From NCBI GenBank assembly GCA_038496445.1, contig JALMLS010000156.1, positions 1 through 64,000 of the forward strand: a DNA stretch of 64,000 nucleotides, read 5' to 3'. The stretch's first letter is position 1. Every line of letters begins with the position of its first letter. The notes under the pieces were generated by a model, which did no database searches, was not told the DNA's origin, and saw only the letters and a list, made by a program, of their open reading frames with translations. Shown in pieces: positions 1 to 14,048 of this stretch. This DNA comes from Trichosphaerium sp. ATCC 40318. Its lineage: Eukaryota > Protista > Tubulinea. Both the position numbers and the translations under genes were made by a program.

Positions 1-223
1 TGATCGCCCAAGAATACCAGTTTATACTTTGCTAGAGGTGTAATATTTGATTGTCCAGTGGCATTTCCGTCTGTCATGACCGCAAGTTGTGTTGTAAGCA
101 CCTGTTATTGGTGTATTTTAGAATAAGTAATAGAACTATGCTTTTAGCTGACTCGCAAAGCGGTCTCCAGTTTTCGCTAGACGCTTTTTTAGATTTGAAC
201 AAATAAACTAATTGTACGCAACA

Positions 224-1602
<1,379 letters not shown>

Positions 1603-2075
1603 AACACAACTTACACTTTGTAACTCTCCTCTCCCTTAAAACGCTCGCACTCACTCACTTTCTTGACCTAAAACATCAGGAAATGCACTTATGAATATGA
1701 TATAATTATCATTTATTTTTATGTGCATGTAATCGTTGCACAGTACTTGAATTTTTTTTGTTGGAAAAAAGCAGGAAACTCTTGCTTTTTTTTTAGCCTT
1801 TTGAAGAAGTTCAGCTTTTGTGTATTTGTCAAATAAACCTTTTCACCAAGACCATAATATTGATGTTTCGATTGGCACGTGTTTTTGAAAAAGTGGTTGT
1901 GAGGAACTACTTTATACACCCGTTTGACGGTGTTCGGTGGAATGAGCATATAAGTTCATAAACACAATAAAAAGTTGTTTGCTTTTGAACAATTAACGTT
2001 ACACTACAATAAAATCCTGATCCATTTGTATTATGCTAAGGTTGTTATTTGTTTTTCTTTGCAGTATATTGTATG

Positions 2076-2907
2076 TCAAATCCTGTTTGCTGAATAGGAT
2101 TTGATGGCGTTGACTTTAAATTGTTGGTGTGCAATTATTTTCCAAGCCATGATAGGAACTGTTCACATTGAATCGTTGAATAGTAAATAACGCCATAAAG
2201 TGTGTTATACTTTCTCTTTTAAGTTTTTTTGTGGTGTTGATGATATTATTATTGATTATGTATCAGTTGTTTCTTTAACTACCTTCTTTTCAAAAAATTG
2301 TTTTTAGTGAACATGTGAAGTTCACGTGATCTACGAAACTTGTAGTTTACACTGCCGATGGTGTTTTGCTGAAAATAAAACTGTGAATGAGCGTCAAATT
2401 ACTAGGATAGACAGCATAAACTACATTTTAGCTAGTCAGTACTACTGACAAAATAAAATACAAATCCTATTCATCAAACGAGGGATTTGACATTCAAATA
2501 CTTGTACACAAAAGAACGAAGGACAAAATACAACAATTAGCTACCAAAAATGTCGTTCTTTGCTGGAGACTTCTAGGTGATATAATGCCGTAAAAGACGA
2601 ACAATATGCACCCACAAACATTCTATGTCAGTGATGACAACATCAACAACCTGATAGATAGATCAGGCATTATCAGTGTTAGTTGAACTGTACAAACGCA
2701 AAGGCATGGAAGTAAACCAAGAAATCATTGAACTGACAATAATTCAGGTGAGGTTTTGTTTTAATAGAAATAGTGATACACCATTATGAGTGTTTTGAAG
2801 TGTAATCAAATAACTAGAATAGTAAGCATATAGTTCAGTTTAGCTTTCTCAGAACCCACAATTAAAATGTACACGCCCAAATCCTATTCATCAAACAAAG
2901 GATTTGA
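2076..2907. repeat. Three copies of a palindromic element CAAATCC(T)-N11-15-(A)GGATTTG (2076-2104 inverted, 2461-2490, 2878-2907)
   Basis: Direct comparison; copies 2 and 3 share about 70 bp of extended similarity. Confidence 0.8.
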
Positions 2908-3002
2908 CGTTCAAATCTGTACACACGAAAGAAAAACGATCAAAATACAAAATTCAAACCAACCAAAACAACAACACTTCTCAACAACTCAAAATAAAAC
3001 AA

Positions 3003-3314
3003 ATGGGTGGATCAATCTCAATTGCCAACTTTGCCAAAAACAATGTCTTTGTACGAATAACAACTGCTGGCGAAGGTTTTCTTGTCAAGGAACTTAATGC
3101 AGAACAACAAAATACTACAAAAGCTGAAGGTCTTGAAGCTGTATGGTATGATGTTCAAATTATTGATAACGGCAAAGCTGTTTGGATCAAAGGAGTTTAT
3201 GCTGGCTCGCATCCAACTCTGACCTACAAAGATCAATCAATCACTGCTCCTGCAAACGCAACACCAACCAAGGAAGAAGTGGCTGCTTCCATTGCTGCTG
3301 TCAATAAAGTATAA
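3003..3314 (+). CDS. Small intronless hypothetical protein (103 aa) with a probable N-myristoylation start MGGSIS
   Basis: ATG at 3003 after an A-rich leader; open frame; AATAAA downstream. Confidence 0.7.
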   Translation: MGGSISIANFAKNNVFVRITTAGEGFLVKELNAEQQNTTKAEGLEAVWYDVQIIDNGKAVWIKGVYAGSHPTLTYKDQSITAPANATPTKEEVAASIAAVNKV

Positions 3315-3401
3315 GACACTGAATGATGTAATATGCTAGTGGTTCATAACAATAATGCAGAATTGTATGTCAACAATAAACACTTTTTATTGTAATCTAA
3401 C

Positions 3402-3531
3402 TTATAAACTCATTCCACCGTCAACAAGTATCTGAGATCCCGTGAAATACTTTCTTTTTGGTGATAATAATAGCATAACCGCTTGAGCAAGATCATCAAG
3501 GTCTCCAAGCTTCTTCAATGCAGTCATTGAC
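3402..3531 (-). pseudogene. Orphan terminal exon of a short-chain dehydrogenase paralog
   Basis: SMTALKKLGDLDDLAQAVMLLLSPKRKYFTGSQILVDGGMSL* matches the last exon of the SDR at 15142-15272; no upstream exons seen. Confidence 0.8.
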
Positions 3532-4599
3532 CTTAGCTAACTGGTCATACTACTAGTCAATCTTTCCAATTCGACTTGTAGTTTATAGCTGTTAATTTTT
3601 ATTGTTACGTTTAAAATAGAAGCGAGCAGAGTTCGCAGGTACACATATTGAAGAAAAAGCTATGGCAAATGATTTTCGTAGGTGGTACTTCCTTGTTTTC
3701 CTTTAAACAATCCTGATGCTAAACGACTGAAGTCAGTCGTGACGGTAGTACTTCAGCCGAAAATCGGCGACTCAGTCGCCATCTATTTCAGATGATAGAA
3801 CTTTATGAGCCACAAAGGTTGTTGGGCGATCAAACTAGTTTCTTGTGAGAACATTTCGTGTCAAAAAGCGCTAGAAAACTCATGACCAGAACTAGATATT
3901 TTAACATGTTAGGTCACGATTTTGTAGATGAAGTATTATAGCATTCCCTGATACTTTGACAATCTGTAACAGTTGAATCTTTTAAGGCACTTCTTTTTCT
4001 ATTGTGAACAGGCGAGGATGCGTAGACTTGATAGTTTTATGTTTTGCTACTCTAGAATATGTAGATGTATTCATAAGTACATGTTGTTCTCATCTTTATT
4101 TTGTTGTGTAGACATACGAATTGTAACACAATCTACTGGAGTGGATTCATTGCTCCCAGTTTTGTGCAAAACAATTCGAGTATAGGACAGCGAATGCAAG
4201 CGAATATGGAGCGCTGTTCGCTTTAGTCCCAACCTTCACTCACAAAATGTCATCCAAAGCGCACTTTATGATGTTGGTGAACGTCTAGGCATGACAATTC
4301 CTATGGCCAAATATACTGTATAAGGAGTAGACATAAACCCAGAACTAGCAGAGAAATTGTCTACCGAATAGGCTATTAAGTCCTTGTTAGGCAAACATTC
4401 CTTATTTAGTCACATTATATGAACAGTTTGCAAGTAAGTGAAAATATGGGAGAGCAACATAAGCAAAGCTGAATATCTTATAATTACCTTCTTTGAACTC
4501 TTTTCGAGGTGAAAATATGGGAGACGAAGGAATAGTTAGTCCGGATCAATTCTTGTTTGTTTGGGAAGTTTTACCACTCTACAATAAACCATTGTTGTC

Positions 4600-5319
4600 A
4601 TGATGAGCACCACGTATACACCAGCCGTATTCATTACACTATTTGCAGTGTCTGTTTGCTCTTGGGTTATAACTTCCATGCCATTGTCAAAGTCTAGTTT
4701 TGCTTTTACAGGTGTATCAACTCTTCCAACTGAAAATATGAACTACACTGGCGTCTATAAGTACTATACTTTTCCAAATGGTACAGCCTTGATATACCGC
4801 AATATTGCAAATGTTACGTCATCTGGATCAAGTACAGAAGTTCCTAGCATTTTTTATGGACGCATAGAAGGAAAGAAGGTACGACACGAGTTGATACAGT
4901 TGTGTAAAAACTAATAATGTCATCCTAGCTTTGGACATGTACACAGTTTAGTGATGGGTGCTGCGTTCCTCAAGAACTTAACTGGGGAGACTGTATCGGT
5001 AAATGGACCGATGGAGAACTACGCTGTATGGACGCTCTTGGTAGCAAAGTAATCTCTTCAGCTAAAGTTGTAGGTGGTAAGTTAGAGTCATAAGTAGCCA
5101 TTTATCTAGATACTGTGTGGCTAATACTTCTACAATAGATGTTCTCATAGACTTTACTCAACTGATAAGTTTTCCGAACAATGACAAAGCCTTCATTTCG
5201 TATAAGATGAAATCAACTGAGCAGTTTGGTACTCCCACAATTGATGAGTTTACAGTAAGAAATACTTGTTATGTGAAGATCTAATTTTTTTTTTGCAATA
5301 GCCAAAGTCGATTTGTTAA
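4600..5319 (+). CDS. Secreted Cys-containing glycoprotein, 4 exons (possibly ependymin-like fold)
   Basis: Signal peptide; N-glycosylation sequons; GT-AG introns give a continuous frame ending DEFT|PKSIC*. Confidence 0.6.
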
Positions 5320-6011
5320 GTACCCTTAAAGTCATACAATAAATACTTGCCTTGCTATACTGTCTATTTGTTCTTTTGTGTTGTCTTTTTTTGTCAGTTT
5401 ATGCAAGTTGACACTTCAATCAGCTGCGAGGAGCTGGGTTCTGTGTTGATTTATGAGTTCTGTTGTAGCATTTTGTCATTGTTTGGTTGTTTAGTTTCTT
5501 AGCTTTAAATAGCATGTTTCAAGGTTGAGTTAATGTGAACTTTGCAGTGAACAAAACATGACTTGCATACATCTGTATTTGACCGTCTAGTAGGAGTTAT
5601 TTTTGTCTAGTACCGCTAGTCAATTTGATTAGTGCAATACTGTTTTTTCGGAACCTGCGTATTCCGCTTTTTAACAAAGAACTTTCTTTCTGCACAAGTA
5701 GATAGATATTGTAGCCAGTAAAATATGCTGAATGTGGTTGTTGCTATTGATTCAAAATTTACAAAAAACAAAGGCATTTGAACAGTTTCAGAAAATTACT
5801 AAGTTGTATTTCAAGAGATTTCGAGAAGCATACTTTAGATGTTTTTACTCACCTCAGAACCATCTTGCACTACAATCACTACTTTGAACATGTGCCTATC
5901 ATGCTGTACTTATAGGTGGTTAAAAATTTTTGCAATTCGTTTATGCTGTACCAAGGAAAAGTACTGACTACACGTTTTTGTTCTAAAACTACACTTTATT
6001 CTACTTTTTTA

Positions 6012-6896
6012 TTAACCTCGTACATTGATGTAAGACATATCGTGAGATGTCAAATAATTAGCCCTATGCCGTGAAATATCATTTGGTACTGCCTGTACAT
6101 TGATACTTGGCATACCAGCTTGTTTAAAGCACCATAAACGGCGGTTATCAAGTGCATACCATTCACCATCTAAACGAACAACACGAATTTCTGGGATGTC
6201 ATCTGCGTCCAAATACCCATTTTCAAGGTCATTGGCAACATCGTATATATACGAACCTGTCTGAAAGTACGGAGCAATAGAAGTGTTGGTGTAGTTGATA
6301 ACATCTGGATCAAGTGATGTTGGGTCAATCTCATCTTCAATTGCTTTCAAAGAATACGAGCAGTAATCTTCCTCGCCACTAGCAGCACGGACATACCAAT
6401 CTTTGAAATCATCTGCCATTGAGATTTCTACAACGTATTCATCACGTGCAAATTCTGCAATACGTTCTGGAAGGTCACCGCTCCACCAAGACGAGCCATC
6501 AGTGAACTGAACGAAGTATGTATCATATGAGAATGCAATTGTGTGAACGCCACCGCGAGAGCTTTGACGACCTCGTAATCTATTGCTAAGAGCCCCAGGG
6601 ATGCCGGAGTATGCGTAATCGCCGTCAGGATATGTTACAAAGTACGAAGAGTCAGGACCAAAGAAAACGTTCTCGCAGTCTCCGTCGCTAATAATATCAT
6701 CTAAATCATCGCTTTTTACACTCCAACAACGTTTGTTGGGTGTTTCAAGGTAGTATTGGCGATTTTCTCCCACTGCAAACTTTTCAAGGCCGTATTTGTT
6801 AATTATCTTTCCTACGCCTGATATATTCCAATGTGTAGTACCAAGGTGATCTACAGCAATATAGCCGTCATCGCATAAACTGACTTGAGAGAACAT
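6012..6896 (-). CDS. Intronless protein: N-terminal beta-repeat domain plus C-terminal ParB-like domain (copy 1)
   Basis: ORF from MFSQVSL; C-terminal motif DPDVINYTNTSIAPYFQTG...IPEIRVVRLDGEWYALDNRRLWCFKQ. Confidence 0.75.
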   Translation of the reverse strand: MFSQVSLCDDGYIAVDHLGTTHWNISGVGKIINKYGLEKFAVGENRQYYLETPNKRCWSVKSDDLDDIISDGDCENVFFGPDSSYFVTYPDGDYAYSGIPGALSNRLRGRQSSRGGVHTIAFSYDTYFVQFTDGSSWWSGDLPERIAEFARDEYVVEISMADDFKDWYVRAASGEEDYCSYSLKAIEDEIDPTSLDPDVINYTNTSIAPYFQTGSYIYDVANDLENGYLDADDIPEIRVVRLDGEWYALDNRRLWCFKQAGMPSINVQAVPNDISRHRANYLTSHDMSYINVRG

Positions 6897-7139
6897 GTCT
6901 TCTATCGTTAGCAACAGTTACACTTGCTAAATAAAAACGGTGTACTTGGGAGCTAATTTCTAAATAAGACGTTAACTTAAGCTTCATTAAGTTCAACAAA
7001 AAACCGGTTTATTTTGCTAACTGCCAGTACACGTGATCGCTACAATGTCAAGTAACATTAAAAGAAAGCTAGTGTTAACAAACACAGCAATCAATTTGCC
7101 TTTGTAACATAATGTAAAAGGTCACAGAAACAATCTTAA

Positions 7140-8039
7140 TCAACACCTGACTGTAATGTGTCTCATATCATGTGATCTCAAATAGTTCATCTTCCGCTTT
7201 GATAAACCATTGGATACTACTTCTACAGGGATTCGAGCCATACCTCCTTGTTTGAAGCACCATAAACGGCGGTTATCAAGTGCATACCATTCACCATCTA
7301 AACGAACAACACGAATTGCTGGGAAATCTTCTACTCTCTGATACACGCAGTCTAAATCTCTTACAACATCGAATAAAGACTGTCCTGTTTGAAAGTGTTG
7401 AGCAATCGAACTATTGGTGTAAAGTATGTCTTCCGGATTGAGTTCTTCCGGATAGTATTCTTCATTCACCTTTTCTTCAATCTCCTTCAAAGAAGCTGAA
7501 CAAAAATCCTCTCTGGTACTGGAACGAACGTACCACTCCCGACATTCGTTTGACATTGCTATTTCTTCAACGTAGTCTTCATTAACGAACTCTACAATGC
7601 GTTCTGGAAGGTTCCAACTGTACCAACCAGAGCCATCAGTGAACTGTATAAAATACGTATCATACGAGAAGGCAATGGCTGTAACGCCTATCTGAGGATC
7701 TTCTAGGTCTTCTAATCTGTTATGAAGAGACCTTGGGATACCGGAATACGCAAATCCGCCCGAGGAATACGCTACAAAGAACGAAGAGTCAGGACCAAAG
7801 AATACTGTTTCTACATCTTGGTCATTTCGGATGATAGAGTCCAAATCATCGTTAATAGCTCTCCAGAATGTATTCTTCTCGGTTTCAATGTAGTATTGAT
7901 CGTTTTCCCCGATTGCGAACCTTTTTATCGATCCAGCATCATTTATTACCTCTCCTACCCCTGGCATATCCCAGTGAGTACTGCCAAGGTGATCTAGAAC
8001 AATATACCGGTTTTCGCACAAACTGACTTTAGAGAACAT
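7140..8039 (-). CDS. Tandem paralog of the 6012-6896 ParB-like domain protein (copy 2)
   Basis: Collinear 299-aa ORF with an identical IRVVRLDGEWYALDNRRLWCFKQ block. Confidence 0.75.
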   Translation of the reverse strand: MFSKVSLCENRYIVLDHLGSTHWDMPGVGEVINDAGSIKRFAIGENDQYYIETEKNTFWRAINDDLDSIIRNDQDVETVFFGPDSSFFVAYSSGGFAYSGIPRSLHNRLEDLEDPQIGVTAIAFSYDTYFIQFTDGSGWYSWNLPERIVEFVNEDYVEEIAMSNECREWYVRSSTREDFCSASLKEIEEKVNEEYYPEELNPEDILYTNSSIAQHFQTGQSLFDVVRDLDCVYQRVEDFPAIRVVRLDGEWYALDNRRLWCFKQGGMARIPVEVVSNGLSKRKMNYLRSHDMRHITVRC

Positions 8040-9976
8040 TGTATTCAGCCCGTGTAAACAGTTTCAGGCTGAAGTGTTGCAATGGCTATCAAAATAATAA
8101 TTGTGAGTCTAGATTGTTCACGTACACCTAACTTAACTTGAAAACTAGTTGAAATTCAGTCACTTTGGACAAGCCACCCTGAGGTTTTATGTATGCAAGT
8201 TGAGTGGGTGGTAAACGGCTATAGCTGGGTGTAACAAATATAAGTACCCAATCCAAATAAACTACCAATACCTTTCGAGCATAAAGAAGGTTTTACACTA
8301 TTGTCATAAAAACTGTATTCAACACTCGTTTTAATTGTACCATCTTTTTTTATTTGTCCCAGGGCACGTGATTAACACTTGCACATTTCGAGACTTCAGC
8401 AAGTCTTGTGACCAGCCTCAAAACTAGAGAAAGAAAGTTCACATAGCTGTATTGGACTTTAGGGAATTAGTATAGCTACATTTCAACATATGGCTCTGCC
8501 TCCTTCGAAAAAGGTACGATCTCAATGCCTTGTGTAAATAACGCTTCAACAGTTTAATGGCAACCAGGTTGGCTGGAGTTTGCCAGACTGCTTCACCTAC
8601 CAATCGAGCTACACAGGGATATTTGTGATCTTGATTTGAAGTGTTTTCGAAATACGCAGCAAAAGCAAAGTTTGATGACTAGAAAAGCAGATCCTCAACT
8701 ATTGTATAGTCAAGGATGGTGATACAAGGCGACGCAGTATACTCACTACAACCCAAAAGCACACTAGTACTTACAATGTCAAACAGGTCCTGTTTCTATA
8801 GGAATTCAAAGAATCAAAAACACGATTGAACTCGAAGAGCTGCTCTCATTCGGCGGAACCGTAAAAACTTAGTTCCATTGAAAGTCGTGGCAGATGATCG
8901 GTAATCCGATAGTATTGTACTTTAAATTTTGGACATCTTCCTTGAAATTTACGTGTATGGAACTATATACATAGAATTGTCAGTTTGCTTGAATTCCACT
9001 TCGTTGATGATCAATGACATTAATAGTACTTCGTATGCCCACGTACGATACAATAACTGGTACAGGGGGCGCGTTATAATATGTGTAACACAATTTAACG
9101 GAAATTTCTTCAACGAATTCATCTTTGATTGTTTCTTGAATTAATGAGATTAGGACATCAGCCAGGACTCTTTATGATGTAATTGTCCGAGTTGTTTTCT
9201 TCCTTTTGACAAAGCTTATAACGGAATGTTTGAAGAAGGTAGACCAAAAAGTTTGGGTTTTCAATTGTTCCGATTTGTCACTTCTGTTTACTTTTTTAGG
9301 TAAAACCTTTATGGAATAAGACCCGTCAGAAAACTACGACGTACTGGTACTAGTGGTTATACTTGCTTTTATATTTTCTGTACGAGTAAGTTTAGAAAAA
9401 GTAAATGTCTGAAATTTTTTGGTTTTCTCCTCATTTCTTCAAATCAGCCGAACAAACAACACACGGAGTGTTTCAATTCGCGAACACCTTTAATTAAGAA
9501 TGGTTTCCAGTACTTTAAACGCTATACGCTGTAAAGTTGCACCATTGCTAGCACTAGTATTAATCCTTACAGGTACTCTTTCTTCCTTTCCACTCTTGTT
9601 TCGTATAGCCGCTTTCTTTTTGCTTTTTTTTTTTGTTTGCCTACACGCAACTTTCAAAAATGACTTCCAGTCGTTTCTATTCAATGTACTTGAGGTGTTG
9701 GCCTCGCAAAGCTCAAACCGTCGAAAGGAACCTTGGTTTTGTACTTGACGCATTTTAATACAAGAGTAACGCTTTTGCACCTTCCACAAGCAACTTTTTT
9801 GGTTTTTTCAGAAATTTTTCTTTTCCTTCCTTTTTGATCTTTTCCTTTTCGAAGTTGCAAACCCAATACAATTTATAAATCGATTATAATCAAATTACAA
9901 ACTCCCTTTATTAAACCAAATCCAAATATTTATTTTACACAAAAACAAGAAAAAAGGGGTAATCGGTTGGTTGGCA

Positions 9977-11983
9977 ATGACAACATTTTTGATTTCGAAA
10001 ACAAACACCTTTTTGTTTTATCTGTTATGTCTAACTCTTCTTTGCTTTCTTCAGAATGCACATTTGTTAAAGCTCAACAGGATAAACCAGAAGTACTCAC
10101 TTTGTTAAAAACGGGAGTACTATTGCAAGGTGAATCCTCTGTAGGAATATATGCAGCAACTGTTTTGTACGGGTTCTATTAATGCTTCGAACAGAATTGT
10201 GACCTCTTTTTAGCAACATTCAGATAGCAGTAGGCTCAAGTCATTTTGCAACTGGTGGACGCCAACCTCAAGGTAGAATTCTAAACTCTTTATCATTCTG
10301 TTGAGTTTAATAAACAGTAATCATTTTGTGTAGGTATAGCAGTCAAAGGCAACGATGAGCAATTATATGCAGGAGGTGGAAGAAACAATACAATCGTATG
10401 CCTTGTTTACAAAAGCCTTTGTTAACAATGGAAATAGAATATTTATAGTTGGGATAGAGTACCATTTAAAGGGACATTGGTTGATGGCTTTGATATACCG
10501 AATGTAGAGAGCAGTACAATTGGACAAATAGCTATTGACGATCAAAATAAATACTTGGCAGTCACTGTGTCTGAAGGAACTGGACAAGGTTTACATCTGT
10601 TTGAGTTCAATGGATCTTCATTGGTTCCTCAAGAAAAAGGGTTTATTTCAACAACTCTAATAACTCAAGTACACTTTCCACAGTTAGTCAGTTATTTTTA
10701 ATCATTTACTCTAGGCTTGTGCGTTTCTGGGTAGTTCTCTTATCATAGGGATAGGTGACACTCTTTGGATTCATCGTGATGTTGGTATGAACAACGTTTT
10801 TGGAAAACTATAGTTAGGAACTTTTACAAAAATAAAACTGACTTTGTTTCTTAGCCAACATCGATATGAACACTGGTATGGATTCGCTGACCAAGTTTGG
10901 TCCAAGTTTGAATGCAAAGGATATCAAAAATATTGCACCGAATAATAGGTCAGTTGTAGTTGCTGCTGGAGATGTTTGGGTGGTGTCTGATACACGTAAC
11001 TACTTTTTTACTGTTTAGTTTTTCTCAATTAATAAGTATAGAAAAGGAATTGGTTATTAGCACTGGATTAGATATTCTAGCTTTAGATATTAATCCATTG
11101 AATAACAATTTGATAATATCTGATGCTAGCGGTATCACAATGAATATCATCATTCCTGCCTTGTGTGATAGCACACAAAATAGTGCAATATGTTGTGGTG
11201 GGTATCCATTAGATATAGCTGAAGCTACATGCATGAACAATGTGTGGACTACCACAACACCCCTCTCATTACCGGTTAGTATATCTCTATCATCGCCTGT
11301 TAATGTACAAGGTGTGTAACCAAGCCTATAGTTTCCCAAAGTGTCTGACTTGTTTCCTCTCGTTTTAGGCCAGCTAACAATATCGAACAGTAATGTTACT
11401 CTAACCAGACCTGTTTCAATAGCCGTGTCTGGTTGTTTAGTTTTACAAGGTTGGTTTGAATAGACTGTTTATACTTCTTTTTTGGCTAACAGTACTCTTT
11501 TCCTAGATGCACAAATAGTACTCTTGAACTCTACACAGTACCCAGATATATTTGTGTTTATAACTCAAGATTCTGGTTGTGCAGTGATAGAAGAATTACC
11601 AACTGTTGTTGTAGCAGAAGATGATTGTAGAACAGCATCTGGCACCCTGGGTATGATATATTTTTTGAGTATTATTCAAAAGAAGTCCTGATCACTAACT
11701 TTGTGGCTTAGAGGGTAGTAAGCTACTTATTGTTTTTGATACATCCAAATGTATTACAGAAAACTCAAATAGTTTTATCATTATTGTGTCAACAGCATCA
11801 GGAGCTATACTATTCATAGTCATTGTTATAATTATAATTGTACTTGCTTACCGACCACTATGGCTCTTTCCATTTAAAAAGAGACCAAAGAATGTTGGTA
11901 TAGAGGGCTCTGTTACCACTCCTACAAGTTCGATGGACTTGAATGAATTCAATGGTCACGATGATACAGAGGAAGCAGTGTAA
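9977..11983 (+). CDS. Multi-exon type I membrane protein (beta-rich ectodomain, Cys-rich stalk, C-terminal TM); possible frameshift near 10055
   Basis: Many GT-AG introns; TM ILFIVIVIIIIVLAY; the signal-peptide-like frame from ATG 9977 is out of frame with CTFVKAQQD. Confidence 0.6.
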
Positions 11984-12221
11984 ATAAACTAAATAAAATA
12001 CTCAACAATGCTTAATCAGGCTTTCCTATAGCCTTTAACACTATTGTACAAGCTTAATTTGATTTGCACATCTATTGACCTCGCTGAGATTCATATTAGT
12101 TAACTAACCTATTGCTCTATGATTTGTACGTACTTTGCTTTGCAAGTACAAAATGTTTATTTTTAGCTTACCATTCTACTCATTATTTTCTCCCGAATGA
12201 AATGAGTAACCAAGCAGTTAA

Positions 12222-13982
12222 ATGGCTTCAAAACGTATTCGCGCACGTGACAAGCGCACCGTACTAGAAAATAACATATATCAAAGCAACACTAGAAGTA
12301 CGCGTCTACAAAAACAATCACGTGGTGGATTCGTACAAATAACACGCATAGGTAATATACGTAAGAGATATGTAAGGAAACAGCGTATACGAGGTGCGTT
12401 TGCTCAGCAACTGTAACTAAGGTTTGAGTAGCTGTAAGACCTCCAGTTCGCTCTGTGGCGATAAAAAGATGCGTGAAAGGCTTTTTGCGTCGCAAGTACA
12501 TTCGCCTTTACAAACAGAGGCAAGAGAAATCAGGCTGGCAAACGAAAACGCTCCACCGCCGACCTTGCCAACATTGCCTTCATTGCGAATATGGTATTCA
12601 GCAACAACACATCCAATGTTTAAAGGTTAAACATCAGCATCTCCTCCAACGGTTTCTCAAACAACGCAATCTCTTAAGGCGTTATCGCAAAAAACTGTAC
12701 CTAAAAAAAACAACATCCTTAGAACCTCTACACATTCCAACGCTTATACAACAAATGCCACACGTAACAACCTTACCAGTACAACCAGCATCAATGCCAC
12801 CAACGATCGAAATTACTGCTGAAGAACAAAGCCTTCATAAGAAGACTCACTCCTCATTGAGGTGCTTACTTTCATCAACTTGTTCGCTAACTAACTTCAA
12901 TATAAGAGCTGCAAAGTTCTTCTTAGATCAAGCAACCTTAAAGCCAATACAAATATCCAAAAGTTGGTTTACTATTGGCACGTGATTGTGGTATACATTG
13001 TTGATAACAGATGCATCTTAGGGTTGTCACATTACATACATGCTGTAGGATCTGAGTGGAAAAGAAATTGCTCAATTGACTGGGAAGAAAACACGTTAAC
13101 AAGGCAGTTTGCTGAACTAGCAATGACCCAAGACCTTATAGTACCATGGATAGAAGATGATTTAGTTCTATTAGATACACTACTCCCTTGCAATTCTCAA
13201 ACAGAAACAGCAGAGCGTTTTAAAAGGCTGGACGAATTTTTTTTGAAGCAAGAAAAAAACAAGTTTATTGGTGTGCTAAAGGAAATAAATCTTGGTTTAC
13301 GTAAGAAAGATCGTATAACACATGATGTACATAAGCTTTATATTTGGCTGGGATCAAAGAAAATGAGAGATCAATTCATAACATTTGAGCAGTGGTACAA
13401 TCAATCAACGAAGACGTTTCACAGGTTTTTGCATAGACAAACTAACATTGAAAGCGAGGATGATAAGTTGTTTGTACGTTTACTTTGTTGACGTAATACG
13501 TCAGTATTGACGGTTTTTCGTTTGCTTAGATGTTACGCTCTTTGAGGTATTACCTTAACTTGGGAGAAAGTAAAGGATTTGGTGGTATGGCGAAGAAGCT
13601 CACTATGATTGCTTGGAAGTATAAAACTGAAAAAAAGGATCCTTCAATCGATGAGTGTCATGAATTGATTAAAAAATATCTAAAACAAGCAAAAGATCAA
13701 GACATGAGCTTAGAGGTTATTCAACAACATATTCCATTAGCACCAGAATCCAAGAAACCGTGCATATTAGGTACTAATAACTAGCCATAAAAACATATGT
13801 AATTCTAAAGGTGGCTCGTTTAGACACACCGTGTTGGGACTTTATCAAAAAGACTGTGGAAGAATTCTAGAAGGCCAATATGTCGCGACTAGAGACGAGT
13901 CTACTCAAATGCCAAAGATTTCTGGGTTATGAACGACAACAAAAGAGAGTAAAAATCGTCGACAGTTTTATGTATACAAAGG
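12222..13982 (+). CDS. Hypothetical, possibly degenerate multi-exon gene
   Basis: Consecutive plus-strand ORFs 12222, 12424/12455, 12964 and 13530 with intron-like gaps; frames do not join cleanly. Confidence 0.35.
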
Positions 13983-14048
13983 TATTTTGAGACAGACTAG
14001 TGATCTCCAATTTTAACACTCCCCTACCCGCTAAAGTTAGATAAAACG

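Noticed and set aside
8870-9150. Third copy of the ParB-like gene (IKDEFVEEIS resembles RDEYVVEIS)
   Set aside because: Similarity is limited to one short word; flanking residues do not align
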